Of a DNA stretch of 64,000 nucleotides, positions 59,042 through 64,000 are shown piece after piece (within the stretch, counting starts at the first letter, position 1; each line of letters opens with the position of its first letter). The stretch lies in assembly GCA_019309545.1 (NCBI GenBank), contig JAFDGA010000023.1:1320-65319 (forward strand), read 5' to 3'. The notes beneath the pieces are model-generated. The model was given only the letters and a program-made list of their open reading frames with translations, was not told the DNA's origin and did not search any database. Made by a program: the position numbers and the translations under genes. Source of the stretch: Deltaproteobacteria bacterium. GTDB taxonomy: Bacteria > Desulfobacterota > Desulfobaccia > Desulfobaccales > Desulfobaccaceae.

Positions 59042-60310
59042 ATGGCTATGGAGACTAAACCGATTGACCGAGTCGAGGCAACCATTACTTTGCCCGGTTC
59101 GAAAAGTTTTACGCACCGGGCCTTAATTGCTGCCAGCCTGGCGGATGGGGCCAGTACCTTGTACAATCCCTTACAGGCCGAAGATACCTTGCTGACTGCT
59201 CAGGCTCTGAAGCAATTGGGGGCGCAGATCGACTGGCAGGGTCATCAATGTCGGGTGCTGGGCACCGCCGCGGTTCTAAAGGTGCCTGATAATCCTATTT
59301 ATTTAGGTGATTCAGGTACTTCCATGCGTCTTTTGACCGCATTGGTGGCATTAGGACAGGGCCGCTACCGCCTGTTGGGATCAGAGCGACTTAACCAGCG
59401 GCCTATCCAGGATCTGTTGGACGCGCTCACCCCCTTAGGGGTCGAAGCGTTCTGCGAAGCGGGCAACGGCTGTCCGCCGGTGGCCGTCAACGCCCGTGGT
59501 CTGGCCGGGGGACCGACCCGGGTGGCCGGCCAGGTCAGCAGCCAGTTTCTTTCGGCCATTTTGCTGATCTCCCCTTTTGCCCATAAAGATGTGGAAGTGG
59601 AAGTGATCGGCGAACTGGTATCCCGGCCTTATGTGGATATTACCCTGGAGGTGATGTCGGCCTTTGGCATTGCTTACTTCCGCAAAAACTACCAGTTTTT
59701 CAGTATTCCGGCTGGCCAGCGTTACCAGGCCCGCACTTATGAAATTGAAGGCGATGCCTCCAGTGCCTCTTATTTTCTGGGCGCCGCGGCGATCACCGAA
59801 GGTCGGGTAAAAATCACCAATCTTAAGGCCCCTTCCTGCCAGGGGGATGCCCGGTTTATCCAAATTTTGGAACAAATGGGTTGCCAAATTGAACAAACCC
59901 CCAACGGCCTGGTTCTGCAAGGTCGGCCGCTTAAGGGGATAACGGTAAACATGGCCGACATGCCCGATTTAGTGCCTACCCTGGCGGTAGTGGCGGCTTT
60001 TGCCCAGGGGGAGACGACTATCACCGGGGTGGCGCACCTGCGGCATAAGGAATCCAACCGTCTTCAGGCCGTTACCACTGAATTGACCAAGATCGGCATT
60101 GCCGCCCGGGAAACTCCGGAAGGTCTGGCCATCCAGGGGGGGCATCCTCACGGTGCCGCCATTGAAACCTATAATGATCACCGTATCGCCATGAGCTTTG
60201 CCCTGGCAGGCCTGAGAGTCCGGGGGATCATCATTACCAACGAAGGATGCGTGGCCAAATCGTTCCCGGAATTCTGGGAGTATTTTGACAGATTGACGGC
60301 TACAAATTAA
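59042..60310 (+). CDS. aroA: 3-phosphoshikimate 1-carboxyvinyltransferase (EPSP synthase)
   Basis: LPGSKSFTHRALIAA, GDSGTSMRLL and NDHRIAMSFA motifs. Start placed at ATG 59042; TTG 59030 is also possible. Confidence 0.93.
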   Translation: MAMETKPIDRVEATITLPGSKSFTHRALIAASLADGASTLYNPLQAEDTLLTAQALKQLGAQIDWQGHQCRVLGTAAVLKVPDNPIYLGDSGTSMRLLTALVALGQGRYRLLGSERLNQRPIQDLLDALTPLGVEAFCEAGNGCPPVAVNARGLAGGPTRVAGQVSSQFLSAILLISPFAHKDVEVEVIGELVSRPYVDITLEVMSAFGIAYFRKNYQFFSIPAGQRYQARTYEIEGDASSASYFLGAAAITEGRVKITNLKAPSCQGDARFIQILEQMGCQIEQTPNGLVLQGRPLKGITVNMADMPDLVPTLAVVAAFAQGETTITGVAHLRHKESNRLQAVTTELTKIGIAARETPEGLAIQGGHPHGAAIETYNDHRIAMSFALAGLRVRGIIITNEGCVAKSFPEFWEYFDRLTATN

Positions 60311-60456
60311 ATCAAGGTTCCTGGCAAGTTCTTAATCTTGGGTTGCTGTTTAACGCCTGATCTTAGAAAATCCTATAAGCCGCGGGGTGATTCCCACTTC
60401 CAATTAGGATTGAATGTTCTGAAGACTCTATCACCGCGGGTGCTCCCGGTCTCAAT

Positions 60457-61707
60457 TTGGAAGCCACATCCCATAAAAACTCTAATGTTCCCCGGGCCAT
60501 CCTGATTCTTACCGGCCTCAATCTGCTGGATTATCTCGACCGCTATGTCATCGCCGCTCTGGCCAGTCCAATCAAGCTGGAGTTGGGGCTGTCAGATCGT
60601 GCCTTTGGGTTGTTGGGCACCGCTTTTTTTCTGGTTTATCTAATTTCCTCGCCGGTGTTCGGGTATCTGGGGGATCGTTGGGGGCGGATTCGCTTGATGG
60701 CCACCGGCGCCGGCCTTTGGAGTCTGGCCACCAGCCTGGCGGCTTGGATCAGTACCTATACCGGCCTGCTGGTTGCCCGGGGATTGGTGGGGCTGGGAGA
60801 AGCCTCGTTCGGCACCCTGGCTCCGGCTTATCTGGCTGATATTCTTCCTATATCGCGGCGGGCCCGCTATCTCGGCCTGTTCTACGCCACCATCCCGGTG
60901 GGTGCGGCGCTGGCCTATTATTTCGGTGGTCTGGTGGGTCACCGTTGGGGCTGGCGCTGGGCTTTTTTGCTTGCCGGGTTGCCGGGACTGGGGCTGGCCC
61001 TGTTGATTTTTACTCTTCCTCAACAATCAGCTCCCACCGGTCCGGATTTCGAGCACTACCCTAAAGGCGGCTTCCGGCAGCCTTTGGCAATGGCCCTGGA
61101 ACTATGGCGCATTCCTACCTTTCGTCGAGTCACCCTGGGTTACGGGCTGCTCACTTTTGCCCTGGGCGGCCTGGCTTTTTGGATGCCTCGTTTTCTGGAG
61201 ATGCACAAGGGGCTGAGTTTCAAAGAAGCCAATCTGTTGATGGCCTTGGCTACCACTATTGCGGGCGGGCTGGGGACGCTGGCCGGGGGTCTGGGAGGAG
61301 ATTGGCTGTTCTCTATCAGCCGCCGGGCACACCTCTGGGTCGGGGGCCTGGGAGTGCTGGCTGCTTTGCCCTTCGGGGCGCTGGCCATTTTTTCCACCCA
61401 ACCCCTGTTTTATGGATTAGGACTGTTTGCCGCCTGTTTTTTACTTTTTCTCAATCCCGGGGTGCTGACCACAGTGATCGTCAGCGTTGCCGGGGTCAGC
61501 CGCCGGGCCACCGCCTTGGCTTTAAATATCATTATTATCCACCTGGTGGGAGATGTACCATCGCCGTTTCTAATCGGCTGGCTCTCCGACCTGGCCGGTT
61601 TACAATATGGCGTATCATTAGCCCTGCTAGCTCTGGCCGGTAGCGCCGGCCTTTTGCTTTCCGGTATCGCAGTGGTGGCGCCAGACCTGGCCCGGGCCGG
61701 AGAATGA
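60457..61707 (+). CDS. MFS transporter
   Basis: 416 aa, ~12 predicted TM segments. MFS loop 2-3 motif GYLGDRWGRIR. TTG start as given in the ORF track. Confidence 0.8.
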   Translation: MEATSHKNSNVPRAILILTGLNLLDYLDRYVIAALASPIKLELGLSDRAFGLLGTAFFLVYLISSPVFGYLGDRWGRIRLMATGAGLWSLATSLAAWISTYTGLLVARGLVGLGEASFGTLAPAYLADILPISRRARYLGLFYATIPVGAALAYYFGGLVGHRWGWRWAFLLAGLPGLGLALLIFTLPQQSAPTGPDFEHYPKGGFRQPLAMALELWRIPTFRRVTLGYGLLTFALGGLAFWMPRFLEMHKGLSFKEANLLMALATTIAGGLGTLAGGLGGDWLFSISRRAHLWVGGLGVLAALPFGALAIFSTQPLFYGLGLFAACFLLFLNPGVLTTVIVSVAGVSRRATALALNIIIIHLVGDVPSPFLIGWLSDLAGLQYGVSLALLALAGSAGLLLSGIAVVAPDLARAGE

Positions 61708-61717
61708 AAATGAATAG

Positions 61718-61909
61718 TCAATCGGTAAAGGGAGCCTGGTGGCGTTCTCGATACCTGATGGTCGATTGTAAACGCGCCACCAATTCATAGGGAAGGGAAA
61801 CCATTTGAGGGGCTTCGTACTCTTCGCTCAGGATGGCATTGATTACCATCAATCTGCGGCTTGACGGGATATGGTGTAAAATTCTTTCCAACTCTTTAAT
61901 CTCGAGCAT
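61718..61909 (-). CDS. hypothetical small protein
   Basis: 63-aa ORF 22 nt downstream of the PqqD-like gene; no motif recognised. Confidence 0.35.
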   Translation of the reverse strand: MLEIKELERILHHIPSSRRLMVINAILSEEYEAPQMVSLPYELVARLQSTIRYRERHQAPFTD

Positions 61910-61931
61910 GTTTTTATCTCCACCAGGAGGG

Positions 61932-62210
61932 TTAATGTCGACAGACTAGCTCCAGCATGACCTTTTCGGCAAATTGTTCGACAATCACTTGTACTTCAGA
62001 GGATAAATCTTCTCTCCGCCCATATATCGAACCCAGCAGTCGAACAATATCTGCCAAGGTATAGACACCCGTACAACACTCCCAAACCAGCAATGCGGCC
62101 GGGTTAAGCAGATGCACTTCCTCCGTCCGGGGATTATAAAGGACGGCACCCTGTTCCATCTGATGCAGACAGATATCCGCTTTCTTTAACGGCACCTGGT
62201 TTGAATTCAT
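61932..62210 (-). CDS. PqqD-family protein (RiPP recognition element-like)
   Basis: 92 aa. GAVLYNPRTEEVHLLNPAALLVWECCTGVYTLADIV follows the PqqD/RRE pattern (beta strands then winged-helix). Confidence 0.55.
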   Translation of the reverse strand: MNSNQVPLKKADICLHQMEQGAVLYNPRTEEVHLLNPAALLVWECCTGVYTLADIVRLLGSIYGRREDLSSEVQVIVEQFAEKVMLELVCRH

Positions 62211-62429
62211 AATCTGCTACCTGGATTGAATCGATGTAAATTGAGAACCTTGAATGATAATTGTGCAATCTTTGTACCAATCTATATGATCATATGGTAA
62301 ACTCTCCGCCGGTGGTCTATTTTGGCAATGAGTCTCAGAGAAATTTTTAGTCCAGGTTAAAACTTTGTACCCGGCAGGCCTCTTAGCCACACGCCAAGTT
62401 ATCCTATCCTTTAATTTTGACTGCCTCTC

Positions 62430-62458
62430 TTGACAGCCTTTCTGGTTAAAGATATATT
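62430..62458 (+). promoter_or_regulatory. sigma70-type promoter of initiator tRNA
   Basis: TTGACA-N17-TATATT, ending 13 nt before the tRNA 5' end. Confidence 0.65.
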
Positions 62459-62471
62459 AAAAACATAAAGA

Positions 62472-62548
<77 letters not shown>

Positions 62549-62559
62549 AGGCTATACCA

Positions 62560-62590
62560 GGACTTAGTTTTTTACTAAGTCCTTTTTAAT
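62560..62590 (+). terminator. intrinsic terminator after tRNA-fMet
   Basis: GGACTTAGT-ttttt-ACTAAGTCC (9-bp perfect stem) followed by TTTTTAATTTT. Confidence 0.8.
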
Positions 62591-62666
62591 TTTATCCCCC
62601 TTCATACCTCCTGGCTCATCAGCAAAATACCAATTATAGTAGTTCTCAAAAATCTCTTCTTATAAG

Positions 62667-62707
62667 ATCCCTTCTCCCCTTGCGGGGAAAAGGTTGGGAT
62701 GAGGGAT
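62667..62707. repeat. GC-rich imperfect palindromic element (related to 12860-12902)
   Basis: ATCCCTTCTCCCCTTGCGGGGAAAAGGTTGGGATGAGGGAT has the same C-run/loop/G-run architecture as the element at 12860-12902. Confidence 0.45.
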
Positions 62708-62754
62708 GAATAAGAAATTATTTTCGAGAATGTCTATAAAAGCAGAAGGAGCGC

Positions 62755-62832
62755 ATGGTGCAACATTTTTACAAGGCTGACCCGGCTTACGGGCAGGGTG
62801 TGGCCCAGGGCTTGGGACTGCCCTTGCCGTAG
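62755..62832 (+). pseudogene. possible C-terminal remnant of a monofunctional catalase gene
   Basis: 25-codon [28 protein letters not shown]. The F(Y)KADP.YG.GVA.GLGL pattern resembles the extreme C-terminus of clade-3 catalases (from memory). A stop codon lies just upstream, so no catalase body is present. Confidence 0.3.
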
Positions 62833-63281
62833 CTGGGTAGCGGTTGTTAACCACGGCTTTTTCTTCGAGCCGGGCGGTGACCGATACCGCCCCGCTCCCT
62901 TTGGTATTGGCGGCCCGCCTCCGGCCCTAACCTGGCGGTGCCAATCAAAGCCGCCTAAGCCCCTTGACCACGCCTAACATGGGCAGTGGCAAAACAGGGT
63001 TAGGGGATTAAGCGAAGTAAAAAAGTCTGGATAATTCGATAGATGTCTAAAAAGTGATCACTCTCTACAATATCTGGACAGGTTAAAAAAGATTGATTAA
63101 GGTTTATCTGTAGTATCGGATAACCACCAAAGGAACCTTTCGGGGTTAGCCTATCCATCCCCATCCCATTTCCCTTACCGCTAAGGAATAATAGCCACAT
63201 CCTCATAGTCAAAGTTAAATTGCTAACCCGGAGCCGGAAGCACCAGCGGTCTAAAACGGTTATTGACTCTGACTTAAAATT

Positions 63282-63296
63282 TGGCACAAGCATTGC
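63282..63296 (+). promoter_or_regulatory. sigma54 -24/-12 core motif
   Basis: TGGCAC-aagca-TTGC is an exact match to the TGGCAC-N5-TTGC core. It lies in AT-rich non-coding DNA ~630 nt upstream of the tadE-like gene. Confidence 0.4.
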
Positions 63297-63707
63297 GACA
63301 ATTAACGCTTACGAGATTCCAAATTATAAAAGTAATTACTGTTATGGTGGGATGCCAGGTTTACCGCTCCTCACTGGGGCAATGCGGTAGACAGGATAAT
63401 CGGGTCAGGGATAGTTCAGGTTATTAGACATCTTGTTTAGATTTTGAAACAAAAATTAACAACTATATCGATCCATTAAGTTTAAAAAATATTATGTAAA
63501 GATTTTTGAAAATAATTGCTCAAGTTTATAACTTTATTATAAAGTATTAATAGTAAGGGCCATACAATTTCAATTTCAATAAACTCAGCACCGAATACCG
63601 AATATTCAGAATGGCTCAATTTTCAAGTTTTTAATAATTGATACCGATTAGTAGGTTGAGCCCAAAAATTAAGGTTACCGCAGATACAAATTAGGTCCTG
63701 GTACCTA

Positions 63708-63736
63708 TTGACAAAGGCTTGGCAATTCTTAATATA
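63708..63736 (+). promoter_or_regulatory. candidate sigma70 promoter upstream of the tad genes
   Basis: TTGACA, then a 16-17-nt spacer, then TAATAT/AATATA. Confidence 0.35.
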
Positions 63737-63874
63737 GGCATAAAAGTTGATAAGAGGCAGCTTGGGGCAAAAAAGGAGAATTTGAAAAATAATCTTGGGA
63801 AATTTAATTATATGACCTTAAAAGGCCGTATTGACGGAATTTTTGAGGCCGGAAAAACTTCTCTGGCCTGAGTG

Positions 63875-63908
63875 AATTTCATGGTCCGGTCAATTTCATG
63901 GTCCGGTC
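63875..63908 (+). repeat. perfect tandem duplication of a 17-mer (AATTTCATGGTCCGGTC x2)
   Basis: Read directly: copies at 63875-63891 and 63892-63908, ending 1-2 nt before the AGGAGG RBS of the tadE-like ORF. Confidence 0.9.
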
Positions 63909-63924
63909 AAGGAGGTTGAACTGT

Positions 63925-64000
63925 ATGATAAAAAAGCTATTGAAAGATAAACGGGGCGTCGCCGTGGTGGAAATGGCCATCGTCCTGCCCCTGTTGCTCT
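63925..64000 (+). CDS. TadE/TadG-like Flp-pilus assembly protein (5' end only; continues beyond window)
   Basis: AGGAGG RBS. MIKKLLKDKRGVAVVEMAIVLPLLL matches the TadE-like N-terminal pseudopilin motif (G-x4-E-hydrophobic helix). Confidence 0.55.
   Translation, partial: MIKKLLKDKRGVAVVEMAIVLPLLL

Noticed and set aside
63781-63870. 29-codon TTG-initiated ORF (MKNNLGKFNYMTLKGRIDGIFEAGKTSLA) as an Flp pilin
   Set aside because: It lacks the Flp motif (G/xxxxEY followed by a hydrophobic helix) and any hydrophobic segment. It is probably non-coding leader sequence.
63875-63908. CRISPR array or larger tandem-repeat locus
   Set aside because: There are only two adjacent 17-nt copies with no spacers. 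No repeat-spacer periodicity or cas genes occur anywhere in the window.

Overview
64-kb chromosomal segment that is mostly housekeeping. The gene content looks like an anaerobic Desulfobacterota/deltaproteobacterium-like organism: 2-oxoacid:ferredoxin oxidoreductase, a selenocysteine NAD-linked formate dehydrogenase, FolD plus a cyclodeaminase/cyclohydrolase-family protein, archaeal-type dehydroquinate synthesis, CsrA/FliW and the start of a Tad-pilus locus. Taxonomy cannot be verified from the window alone. I can support about 60 protein genes, 2 tRNAs (Pro-CGG and initiator Met, both with sigma70-like promoters), several intrinsic terminators and a few decayed genes. The stand-out is a six-gene minus-strand cassette at 23.6-29.3 kb. 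It encodes a ubiquitin-like module that ends in Gly-Gly and is fused to a RimI-like GNAT. It also encodes a 384-aa protein with an E2-like HPF...Cys region, a 143-aa orphan, a ClpX-family AAA+ unfoldase lacking the zinc-finger N-domain, a JAB/JAMM peptidase, and a single-chain E1 with a degenerate and an intact adenylation domain. I read this as a candidate ubiquitin-like tagging system coupled to an unfoldase; that reading is an inference that needs structure and homology checks. Other notable items: a ribosome-mediated attenuator whose leader peptide contains YYYFWPW, upstream of an aromatic amino-acid operon that starts with the archaeal-type aroA'/aroB' genes. A 70-nt duplication of the fdhA 5' end creates a 44-codon upstream ORF. 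A pentapeptide-repeat gene is interrupted only by two in-frame TAG codons. A truncated purF lies next to another stop-riddled remnant. A catalase tail remnant and an exact sigma54 core motif sit in AT-rich DNA between tRNA-fMet and the tad genes. No CRISPR array, transposase, integrase or rRNA was seen.
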